NCBI GenBank assembly: GCA_963823665.1
Contig: CAWGMQ010000006.1
Coordinates: forward strand, 1,790,865-1,822,864
Reading direction: 5' to 3'
Origin: an uncultured Planctomycetota bacterium
GTDB taxonomy: Bacteria; Planctomycetota; Planctomycetia; Isosphaerales; Isosphaeraceae
DNA length: 32,000 bases
Below, piece after piece: positions 8,169 through 16,759 of this stretch. The notes beneath the pieces are model-generated. The model made no database searches. It worked only from the letters and a program-made list of their open reading frames with translations, and was not told the DNA's origin. Every line of letters begins with the position of its first letter. Positions within the stretch are counted from its first letter, which is position 1. A program made the position numbers and the translations under genes.

Positions 8169-9574
8169 ACGCGCCAGTCGGCGATCGCGATCCGTTCGAG
8201 ATCGTTGCCGAGGCGTTTCTCGCGCGGTTCCGGGCCGGGGAGCGGCCCAGCGTGAACGATTACGCCGCAGAGCACCCCGAGCTGGCCGACCAGATCCGCC
8301 GGCTGCTGCCGGCACTGGTGATGATCGAGCGGGACGTGTCGATTGCCGAAGAGCCCGCCCTCGACCCCACCGAAGTGAGGGACCTGGCGGGCCCAAAGCC
8401 GGGCGACTCGCGACTCCTGGGCGACTACCGGATCGTCCGAGAGATCGGCCGGGGGGGCATGGGGCTCGTGTACGAAGCGCAGCAAATCTCGCTGGGACGG
8501 CGCGTGGCTTTGAAGGTGCTCCCCCGCCACGTGCTGCGCGACCACAAGGCGCTGCAACGGTTCCATCGCGAGGCCAAGGCCGCCGCGCGGTTGCACCACA
8601 CGAACATCGTGCCTGTCTTCGACGTCGGGCAGGAAGGTGAGCACGCCTTCTACACAATGCAGTTCATCGCAGGCCAGGCACTCGACCAGGTTATCGACGA
8701 GCTGGTGCGGCTCCGGAATCGCGTCGATCGGAATCCGCTCGAGAACGGCATGGGCGGGCGGAGGGATGCGTCGAGCGGCATGCGAACCGCGGCCACGGTG
8801 GCGGACGGCCCGCGAGGTGCCAGGCTAGGGCAAGTCGCCGAGTCCCTCCTGGACGGCCGGCTGGCGACCGGAGGGATGAAATCGGCCCCGGGCGGAACCG
8901 AGCGAATCACCGAAATTGCGATGACCGAGCCGGTCGAACCGGCAGTACCCCGCTCGACCGTGCTGCCGGGCGGCGCTACGCTCTCGCTGGTCGAATCCGC
9001 CTCGCGTCGCCAGCCATACTTCCGAAGTGTCGCGCAGATCGGCCGCCAGGTGGCACAGGGGCTCTCGCACGCGCACTCGCGCGGCATCGTGCACCGCGAC
9101 ATCAAGCCGTCAAACCTTTTGCTCGATACCGCGGGCGTTGTCTGGATTACCGACTTCGGCCTGGCCAAGGCCGAGGAAGACGGATTGACGGTTACCGGCG
9201 ACATCCTGGGGACACTGCGCTACATGGCGCCGGAGCGGTTCAGCGGCACAGGAGACGCACGCAGCGATGTTTACTCGTTGGGCTTGACGCTCTACGAATT
9301 GCTCACCCTGCGGCCCGCCTTCGAGACGTCCGACCGGCTCCGGCTCATCGAGGAAATCAAATCCAAAGATGCAGAGCGTCTCCGTTCGATCGACGGCCGA
9401 ATTCCTCGGGACCTGGAAACGATCGTTCGCAAGGCGATCGACAAGGACCCGGCGCGGCGGTATTCGTCGGCAGAAGCCATGGCCGAGGACCTTCGACGGT
9501 TCCTGGACAATGAGACAATCCGCGCGCGACAGAGCAGCAGCGTCGAGCGCGTACTGGCGCTGGGCACGCCGTAA
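8165..9574 (+). CDS. Serine/threonine protein kinase (kinase part of a frameshifted kinase-WD40 gene)
   Basis: [37 protein letters not shown]...IVHRDIKPSNLLLD...[12 protein letters not shown]...RYMAPERF. N-terminal domain [32 protein letters not shown]-type. Stops at SVERVLALGTP* because of the frameshift. Confidence 0.92.
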   Translation: MNAPVGDRDPFEIVAEAFLARFRAGERPSVNDYAAEHPELADQIRRLLPALVMIERDVSIAEEPALDPTEVRDLAGPKPGDSRLLGDYRIVREIGRGGMGLVYEAQQISLGRRVALKVLPRHVLRDHKALQRFHREAKAAARLHHTNIVPVFDVGQEGEHAFYTMQFIAGQALDQVIDELVRLRNRVDRNPLENGMGGRRDASSGMRTAATVADGPRGARLGQVAESLLDGRLATGGMKSAPGGTERITEIAMTEPVEPAVPRSTVLPGGATLSLVESASRRQPYFRSVAQIGRQVAQGLSHAHSRGIVHRDIKPSNLLLDTAGVVWITDFGLAKAEEDGLTVTGDILGTLRYMAPERFSGTGDARSDVYSLGLTLYELLTLRPAFETSDRLRLIEEIKSKDAERLRSIDGRIPRDLETIVRKAIDKDPARRYSSAEAMAEDLRRFLDNETIRARQSSSVERVLALGTP

Positions 9575-11888
9575 TCCCTGGATCGCCACGCTGGGCGCGG
9601 CGCTCGCAACACTGCTCCTGGCCGTGACGATCGCTTCGCTCATCGCGGTGGGCCGGTTTGCCGATCTGGCCACGCGTCAGGAGAACTCAGCGGCGGCAGA
9701 GCGATCGTCGCGCGTGGCGGCCGAGGCCGAAACTTACCGGGCGATGCTCAGCGAGGTCAGAGCGCTGCGAGCCGGTCGCCCGCTGGGCTGGCGCGACGGC
9801 GCCCTGGGCAACCTGGCCCGGATGACCAGGGCAACGACTCCGCGCCGCGATCTGGCCGAGCTTCGAAGCGAGGCGGTCGCCTGTCTCGGCGAGTTCGACA
9901 TTGTCGAAGTGGCGCGGCTGGAAAAGCGCGAGCAGCGGCTTTGGTCGCTTGCCTTCAGCCCTGACTCCCAGACCCTGGTCACTGCAACTCTCAACGGAGA
10001 CGTCGACCTCTGGGACGTAACGCGCAAGTGCCATCTCTGGCACGCCGCGGATCCGGCCGGCCAGATTCGGCCCAAAAACTGGCCGTCCATCGACGACCCG
10101 CTCATCAAGACTGTGTTCCTGCCGGACGGCACTTTGGGTCGGACTGCCTGGAGCCATCGCATTGAATTCCTTGACGCCAAGGGCCGGCCGACCGGTCGTC
10201 CGCCATTGAGCGGCGGTAAGGCCCAAGCGACTGGGCTGGAAACTGATCGCACGGGCCGTCGCCTTGCCGTCGGGTGGGATGACGGCCGCATCGAGATCCA
10301 CGATGCGGGCATGGGTATCGTTCGAACGATCGCCGGGAGCAGGCCCGATCTCAGGATCTTTGCAATGAGTCCAGACGGCCGGTGGCTGGCTCATCGTGGT
10401 CCGAACGATTCCGTCCAGATCCGTTCGATCGAATCCGAGGCACCGCCGGTGACGCTCGGGCGACATCGTGGTGAGATCACGTCTCTTACCTTCAGCCCCG
10501 ACGGCAACACCCTGGCCAGCACATCCTGGGACCACTCGGCGCGGCTGTGGGACGTAGCTCGCCGCGACGAACTCATGGCGCTCTACGGGCACAACGAAAC
10601 GGTGACGAGCCTCGCATTCAGCCCCGATGGCAACTGGATCGCCACCACGAGCCGAGACTATTCCGTGCGAATCTGGGAAGCCAGAACCGGCGAGACTTTG
10701 TCCTTGTTGCCGGGGCTGTGGTTCCGGCAAGTCGTCGCGTTCAGCCCCGACGGCCGTTATCTGGCGGTTGACGAGATTTCCAGATTTGGGACCGCCGCGC
10801 GCGCTCGACTTTACGAGCTCAGAGGCCGCCGCGCGCGGCGGCTGCTTGCCGGCCACTTGAATGGAGCCGAATGCCTTGCAGCGCACCCCGTCCTGCCCCG
10901 GTTCGCTTCGGGAGCCGACGATCATTGCGTCATCGTCTGGGACGCGGAGACGGGCCGTGCGCTAGAGCACTGGAGGGCCCACGTGCGGTTTGTCGGCGCG
11001 GTGGCGTACAGTCCCGATGGCAGCTTGCTCGCCACTGGACAAGGCGACCAGTCTTGCGAAGTTAAACTCTGGGATTCCGCGACCGGCTCGTTGCGCCATA
11101 CCCTCATGGGCCACGCAGCGCGCGTGTTTGCCATGACGTTCGACCACGCGGGCCGCCGGCTCGCCAGCGTGGACGGAAATGGAGTGCTGGTGATCTGGGA
11201 CGTGAACACGGGGCACATACTGCGCCGCGAGCCCGAGGGAACAGACATGGTTCGCGCAGTCGCCATCACGGAGGGAGATCGGTACGTTGTCACCGGTACG
11301 GGCTCGGGTCTCATTGTCTACGATCTGGATGGGAACGCACCGCCTCGAGTCATCCCGATTCCGCGGGGCGCGCGCGAATTCGTGATCGATCGCACGCGCG
11401 ATGATCTGATTGTCGCGGGCGCCGACGGTGCGCTCTCGCGAGTCTCGCTCCGCACTTTCGCCGCCGGCGAGCGGCTCGAGGCCGCGCACGACGGCGCGAT
11501 CGAAGCGATCGCAATCTCCGGCGACGGACGGATGCTGGCGACAGGAGGCAGAACGGACGGCCAGGTTTTTCTCCGCGATGCGCAGAGCTTCGACCTGCTC
11601 TTCGCCCTACCGCCGCGGACCGGGATCGTCAAGGACCTGGAGTTCGACGCTACCGGTCGATGGTTGGCGATGGCCGGCGCCGCTGCCGACATCACGCTCT
11701 GGGATCTGAACCTGCTTCACGAAGAGCTCGCCGCGATCGGTCTGGCCTGGGACCAACCGGCGGCCCCGATCGGGCCCGCGGCGAATCTGGCGGAAATCGC
11801 CGAGCGCGAAAGGCCAAATGTTCCGACCGTATGGCCCGGTAATCACGACCCTACCGAAATCGATGCAGCCAAGGGGCTTTCTCAATGA
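9551..11888 (+). CDS. WD40-repeat C-terminal part of the kinase gene (transmembrane segment plus WD40 propeller), in the +1-shifted frame
   Basis: [34 protein letters not shown] matches the kinase-WD40 linker of the 21231 paralogue ([28 protein letters not shown]). Multiple WD40 motifs follow: LAFSPDSQTLVTATLNGDVDLWD, LTFSPDGNTLASTSWDHSARLWD, LAFSPDGNWIATTSRDYSVRIWE. Confidence 0.88.
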
Positions 11889-11989
11889 AGAGGCCTCGCC
11901 CGCCGACCGCGAGCAACTCGAAGCGCGGGTCGTACGATACCTGAGGAGGCTGTTCAGGCGAACCGTCGCTTCAAGCATTTCCTCTCGAG

Positions 11990-14362
11990 CTAGGCTGGCT
12001 CAAGCGGGCGTCCGAAGCTGCGAAGTTGCGCGACCCGGAAGCCGTGGCGGCGAGCCGAATCGCGCAGGCGGCACAGACTCTCCGCCGTCAGGTCGGTACC
12101 AAGGCTGGAGTTTTGGAGATGCCCGTCCAAGGCCAGCAACATCGTCTCGGCCATGCAGGCATAAGCCAGCCCGGGTCCGAGCCCGAACCGACCGAGGTGA
12201 GGGCGGCCGGGGACTTCGATAATCCCGCCATCAATGATGAGCACATCGGGCCGCGCGATAGCGACTTCGGGGCCAACATTCGCCGGCCGCGACAGGTCGC
12301 AAACGACGGCCCCGGCCCGGAGCGATCCTGGGTTGATGATCGACCCGGTGGCGCTGGTGGCAGTGACAACCAGATCGGCCGACGGCAGGACCTCGTCGAC
12401 CGCTGTGGTCAGCATCAGGGCGCCCCGACGCTCCAGGCGGCCGACGAGCGCCGCGAACGCCTCGGCCGAGGCGTCAGGGTCGGGCGCCCCGCGGCACTCC
12501 GCCAGGAATCGGGCGAACAGCGAGCCCGAGACGAAGCTGCACCCTTGGCGGTAGCCCGTGGTCAGGTGCCGGCAGATGTCGGCGGCGACCGCCAGCAGCC
12601 GGCGGCGGATTGCGGCCGGGTCGCGGTCGGGGTTGCCGACGAGCGTGAGGCGGCCGACGTTTTCGGCGAGGAGCAGGGCAACCGCCCGCCCAATCGCCCC
12701 GCCCGCCCCGACAATCGTGGCTCGCGTAGCGGCGCCGAAGTAGCCGCCGAGGGCTACCACGGCTATCGCCGCCGCCTGGACCGATGACACGGCCGTGAAC
12801 GAGTTCCCCGTGGTTACCGGGATCCCTTCCCGCGACACGTCGAGGCCACCCCGGGTGGCGATCGACGTGAACGCACCCAGCCCAACGAGCTGGGCGCCGC
12901 GCGACCGGGCTAACCCCAGCGCGGCCCGAACGCCTGCGACCGCCTTACGACGTGGCATTGCTGCCATTTGCGCGGCGGTCCAGGGTAGCGCGATGAACTC
13001 GCCGAAGATCTTCTGGCCGCCCGCGGACGTGATCCGAGCCCGGCTGACAACGAACGGCTCGAGCAGGCCCGCAACGTCGCGGCCGACCGTCCGAAGCTCG
13101 TCCGAGTCCAGTACTTTGAGCGATGGGTCAAAGTCAGCGATGTTCGCGAAGACGGGCGTGAACAGGCCCTGTTCTGCGACCGCGCCCAGCAGGCTGTCGG
13201 GCCACAGATCGCGATTGACGCGGAACCGGACGCCTAGCATATACCCTCGTCCGCGAATTTCGGCGATCAGGTGCGGGTAACGGCGCGCCAGGGCCCCGAG
13301 CCGGCGACGCAGCCGCCGGCCGTTACGTGCGACCCGGCGGACAAGTCGGCGGTTGTCGCGGGTTAGCAGCTCCAGCGTCGCAAGGCCGGCGCGGCACGCC
13401 AGGGCGTTTCCGGCAAAGGTAGAGGAGTGCTTCATTGCGAAGGTTGACGTGTATGCCGCCTCGGAGCAGAGCACCGCTCCGATCGGAACCAAGCCGCCGC
13501 CAAGCGCCTTGGCGAGCGCCATCACGTCTGGAACCACTCCCTCGGCCTCGCACGCAAAGAGGGCCCCGGTGCGCCCCAGGCCGGACTGGATCTCGTCCAA
13601 GACGAGCAGGACGCCCGCATCACGGCAGATCGCACGCGCCTCTGCCAGGTACCCGCGGGGAGGCTCCACAATACCGCCTTCGCCCTGGATCGGCTCGACG
13701 AGGAACGCGGCGTAATGCGCCGGCCGCTCGGCGAGGGCGAGCCGCAGCGCGACGGCGTCTCCAAACGGAATCGCGTCGAAGTGTGGGGCGGGCGCCCCGA
13801 AGTCCTTCTGGTATTCGGCGTTGCCAGTCGCGGAGAGCGCCCCGAGCGTTTTGCCATGGAAGCTGCGGTCGGTTGATAAGATACCGAGGCGTCCCGTGGC
13901 GGCGCGGCAGAGCTTGATCGCTACCTCGATGGCCTCGGCGCCGCTGTTCGTGAATGTCACTCGCTCGAGGCCCTGTGGAGCGATCTCCACCAATCGTGCC
14001 GCGAGCTCCCCTGCGGGACCGACCAGCGAGGGTTGTACGAAGCTGGGCTCGCGTCGGTCGCGCACGCCCTCAAGCGCTCGCCAGATCGCGGCAGGGTTGA
14101 AGCCAAACGGCAGGGCGCCGTAGGCGGCGATGCAATCCAGGTAACGCCGACCCTCGTCGTCATAAAGTTCAGTTCCTTTCCCCCGCGCGAAATGCTTATC
14201 GAGGCGGATCCTGCCGAGGAGATCGGCCAGGTAGGGGTTGACGTGGCGGGCGAAGGGATGGGCCTCACTGAGGCCGCCGGATTCGTCCATCGGGCTAATG
14301 GAGGATGAGGAAAGCGGGCTGATTTGATCACCGTTCGGCTTCCCTGTAGGTGCGGTTTTCAT
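11990..14362 (-). CDS. Two-domain fusion: class III PLP-dependent aminotransferase plus acyl-ACP-reductase-like Rossmann dehydrogenase (790 aa)
   Basis: N-terminal half: VTFTNSGAEAIEVAIKLCRAATGR, LVLDEIQSGLGRTGALFACEAEGVVPDVMALAKALGGGLVPIGAV (PLP lysine context), KHSSTFAGNALACRAGLATLE. C-terminal half: LGAFTSIATRGGLDV, TTGNSFTAV, ATIVGAGGAIGRAVALLLAENVGRLTLVGN, ACMAETMLLALDG, ARRHGFRV, matching remembered landmarks of cyanobacterial acyl-ACP reductase (LGGFTSII, TTGNTHTAY, VAVVGATGDIGSAV, ACFAEAMLLEFEG, VRHGF). Confidence 0.85.
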   Translation of the reverse strand: MKTAPTGKPNGDQISPLSSSSISPMDESGGLSEAHPFARHVNPYLADLLGRIRLDKHFARGKGTELYDDEGRRYLDCIAAYGALPFGFNPAAIWRALEGVRDRREPSFVQPSLVGPAGELAARLVEIAPQGLERVTFTNSGAEAIEVAIKLCRAATGRLGILSTDRSFHGKTLGALSATGNAEYQKDFGAPAPHFDAIPFGDAVALRLALAERPAHYAAFLVEPIQGEGGIVEPPRGYLAEARAICRDAGVLLVLDEIQSGLGRTGALFACEAEGVVPDVMALAKALGGGLVPIGAVLCSEAAYTSTFAMKHSSTFAGNALACRAGLATLELLTRDNRRLVRRVARNGRRLRRRLGALARRYPHLIAEIRGRGYMLGVRFRVNRDLWPDSLLGAVAEQGLFTPVFANIADFDPSLKVLDSDELRTVGRDVAGLLEPFVVSRARITSAGGQKIFGEFIALPWTAAQMAAMPRRKAVAGVRAALGLARSRGAQLVGLGAFTSIATRGGLDVSREGIPVTTGNSFTAVSSVQAAAIAVVALGGYFGAATRATIVGAGGAIGRAVALLLAENVGRLTLVGNPDRDPAAIRRRLLAVAADICRHLTTGYRQGCSFVSGSLFARFLAECRGAPDPDASAEAFAALVGRLERRGALMLTTAVDEVLPSADLVVTATSATGSIINPGSLRAGAVVCDLSRPANVGPEVAIARPDVLIIDGGIIEVPGRPHLGRFGLGPGLAYACMAETMLLALDGHLQNSSLGTDLTAESLCRLRDSARRHGFRVAQLRSFGRPLEPA

Positions 14363-14761
14363 CGGAGGCGTTCTCTTTCTGAGCAGGTCTGGACGAGCCG
14401 GAGCGCGCAGATTTCGGCGGCCGCCACGTTCATCCGCATTTCCCGCTGCGTTTGTTAGCCCGCAGGCCGGCCGGCTCGTCAGTGTCGTCCGGCGCCGAAC
14501 CAGGGCAGAAGAGCGGCGCCCGCAGCGGAATGAGCAAACGGCGAATCGCGCTCGCTCGCCGAGAGTTAGCCCGACAGAACGTTGACTGTCACACTCTCGG
14601 AATGGCTGCCGTCGGTCCTCTCCTCGACAGGAGATTCGGGTTGCTGAGCGTCTTGGCGATCAGTGACCCGATATCCCTTATCCGCGCGCCGATCAGAAAG
14701 CGTGACTGCCCGTCTTACTACTCATACTGCGAGCCGACCGGAATGCTCGCCTGGCCTTGGC

Positions 14762-14955
14762 TTTTTTCGTCTCCGTTTGTTGAAACGGCGGGTTCCAGGG
14801 CGTTGCCCTGGGCTGATTTGTTACTGCCCCTTCGGGGCGAGGAGTCAGTCATTCGGCGACCGCCTCGTTAGAATCGACCAGAATCGGTTAGCCGGTTCCG
14901 CCGAGTCCCACGCGCGCAAGAACCGGGAGCCTTTTTTGTCTCCGTTTATTGAAAC
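14762..14955. repeat. Direct repeat of TTTTTT(C)GTCTCCGTTT(G/A)TTGAAAC flanking a ~145-bp insert with two hairpins
   Basis: Copy 1 at about 14762-14786, copy 2 at about 14932-14955. One equivalent copy lies at about 20538-20564 upstream of the paralogous sigma gene. Confidence 0.7.
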
Positions 14956-14974
14956 TCGCAGTACTGTAAGTACT

Positions 14975-15628
14975 ATGGACGAGCTGTCGCCACCTCCAGG
15001 ACAGGTCCCCGGAGTTGTCACGCGCGCCGCCGGAGGCGACCGGGCTGCTATCGTCGAGCTGCTCGAGCGCTACCGCGCCCGGCTGCGCCGAATGGTGGCG
15101 CTGCGGCTGGACCCCCGGCTCCGGGGGCGGGTCGACGCCTCGGACGTGATCCAGGAGGGCTATCTCGATGCGATGCGGCGGCTTGAGGAGTTCATCCAGG
15201 ATCCGGCCGTGCCGTTCTACATCTGGCTGCGGTTCCTGGTCGGCCAGCGGGTGCAGGAGCAGCACCGGCGGCACCTCGGCACCTCCGGCCGGGATGACGG
15301 CCGCGAGGTGTCGATCTACCGGGGCGCCATGCCCGGCGCCAGCACCGGGGCCCTGGCCGCCCGGCTGCTCGGCAAGCTCACGAGCCCCAGCCAGGCGGCG
15401 GTGCGGGCCGAGCGGAAGGTCCGGCTCCAGGAGGCCCTTAACCGCATGGACCCGCTCGACCGCGAGATCCTGGTCCTGCGCCACTACGAGCAGATGACCA
15501 ACGGCGATGCCGCCGCGGCCCTGGGGCTCTCGTTCAAGGCGGCGAGCAAACGGTACACGCGCGCGCTCGAGCGGCTCGAGAAGATCCTGAATGCCTTACC
15601 CGGAGACCCGGGAGGGCAGGGATCATGA
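14975..15628 (+). CDS. ECF-like sigma factor, paralogue of 7515-8168 and 20581-21234
   Basis: MDELSPPPGQVPGVVTRAAGGDRAAIVELLERYRARLRRMVALRLDPRLRGRVDASDVIQEGYLDAMRRLEEFIQDPAVPFYIWLRFLVGQRVQEQ...LNRMDPLDREILVLRHYEQMTNGDAAAALGLSFKAASKRYTRALERLEK. The ORF track places the start further upstream; ATG at 14975 matches the paralogues. Confidence 0.9.
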   Translation: MDELSPPPGQVPGVVTRAAGGDRAAIVELLERYRARLRRMVALRLDPRLRGRVDASDVIQEGYLDAMRRLEEFIQDPAVPFYIWLRFLVGQRVQEQHRRHLGTSGRDDGREVSIYRGAMPGASTGALAARLLGKLTSPSQAAVRAERKVRLQEALNRMDPLDREILVLRHYEQMTNGDAAAALGLSFKAASKRYTRALERLEKILNALPGDPGGQGS

Positions 15629-15702
15629 GCGAACGATCTGTCGATCGCGATCCCTTCGGGGGCATTGCCGAGTCGTTCCTGGCACGGTTCCGGACTGGTT
15701 AA
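15625..15702 (+). pseudogene. Truncated start of a Ser/Thr kinase gene (25 codons then stop)
   Basis: [25 protein letters not shown] against [29 protein letters not shown] in the 21231 paralogue. Retains the ATGA overlap with the sigma gene. Confidence 0.85.
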
Positions 15703-15947
15703 CCGTTTGTCGGAGCTGCAGCGTGGCTGACGGCTTCGCCGGGACCATTCTGGCCACTCCCTGCTGGGCCGGACTGATCGCGATCGACAACCCGTGTATA
15801 GCCATTCACATTTGCGCTTACATTTAAACAACGGGTTGCCACACTACCACACTATGTTTGGGATTGACGAGATTCCTGCCGCCTTGTAGATAGAGCAAGC
15901 CACCAAGCAGGCCTTTTTGCACCTTTGGTACAAGTGATCACACACAA

Positions 15948-16736
15948 GTGAGGCTCAACATGCCCCAAGTGAAACAGACGGGGGTCAGTGGTCGTGACCA
16001 TTACGACAGCCTTTTTCAGAATGAACTTGATCGAGAAGCGGAGTGGCTTGATCGCACCGCAGGACACAAGGCCGATTCGATAGAGCGGTTGCTCAAGAAG
16101 AACAACATCGAGTGTGATACCCTTCTCGAACTCGGGTGTGGCACAGGCTCGGTCATTCGTGAGTGTCAGCGGCGTAAAATTGCCAAGTCTTATATCGCAG
16201 TGGATTACTCCGACACCGCAATAGACTATTTGAACAGTAATTCAAACGAAATTGAAACACATTCATTTGATGTCACTTCAGAAGATTTCTCATTCAATAG
16301 GCCGGTTGATGTGGTTGTCGTGAGCCATGTCATCGAGCATCTCGAAGAACCGCTTGCCTTCTTGCAATCGTTGCGGCGCCTTAATTTCAAATACCTGGTT
16401 TCCGAGGTTCCGCTCGATGATCTACTTATGGGCAGGCTTAGCGCTTTGGCGAAGGAGGATCGGACTCAGAATCTTGCCGGTCACGTGCAGTTTTTCACAG
16501 CCTCATCGTTTCGCCGGCTATTAGAATCGAGCGGGATGAAGGTGATCGATACTCGCAGATATTTGCCATTACTCGATAGAGAGACAATCAAATTTGTGTG
16601 CAAGAAGAACAAATCTTCGAATCTAACATATTGCAAAATGCTGTTCGGTCGATATCTGAGGCTCGCATTGGGGCCGATCTGGGCCTATTTCTTTAGCGCA
16701 CATTACGCGGTGCTCTCTCGGTTCTCTCCGGAATAA
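15948..16736 (+). CDS. Class I SAM-dependent methyltransferase (start may be 15960)
   Basis: LLELGCGTGSVIRECQRRKIAKSYIAVDYSDTAIDYL (SAM-binding motif I), FNRPVDVVVVSHVIEHLEEPLAFL, HVQFFTASSFRRLLESSGMKV. Visibly lower GC and Lys/Asn/Ser-richer than neighbours. Confidence 0.85.
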   Translation: MRLNMPQVKQTGVSGRDHYDSLFQNELDREAEWLDRTAGHKADSIERLLKKNNIECDTLLELGCGTGSVIRECQRRKIAKSYIAVDYSDTAIDYLNSNSNEIETHSFDVTSEDFSFNRPVDVVVVSHVIEHLEEPLAFLQSLRRLNFKYLVSEVPLDDLLMGRLSALAKEDRTQNLAGHVQFFTASSFRRLLESSGMKVIDTRRYLPLLDRETIKFVCKKNKSSNLTYCKMLFGRYLRLALGPIWAYFFSAHYAVLSRFSPE

Positions 16737-16759
16737 CATCAAGGGCCACGCGAAACGGC

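Noticed and set aside
9687-10925. 412-aa minus ORF
   Set aside because: Antisense of clear WD40 motifs on the plus strand.
14452-14871. 139-aa plus ORF upstream of the sigma gene
   Set aside because: No family resemblance; it spans the conserved noncoding leader and hairpin insert.
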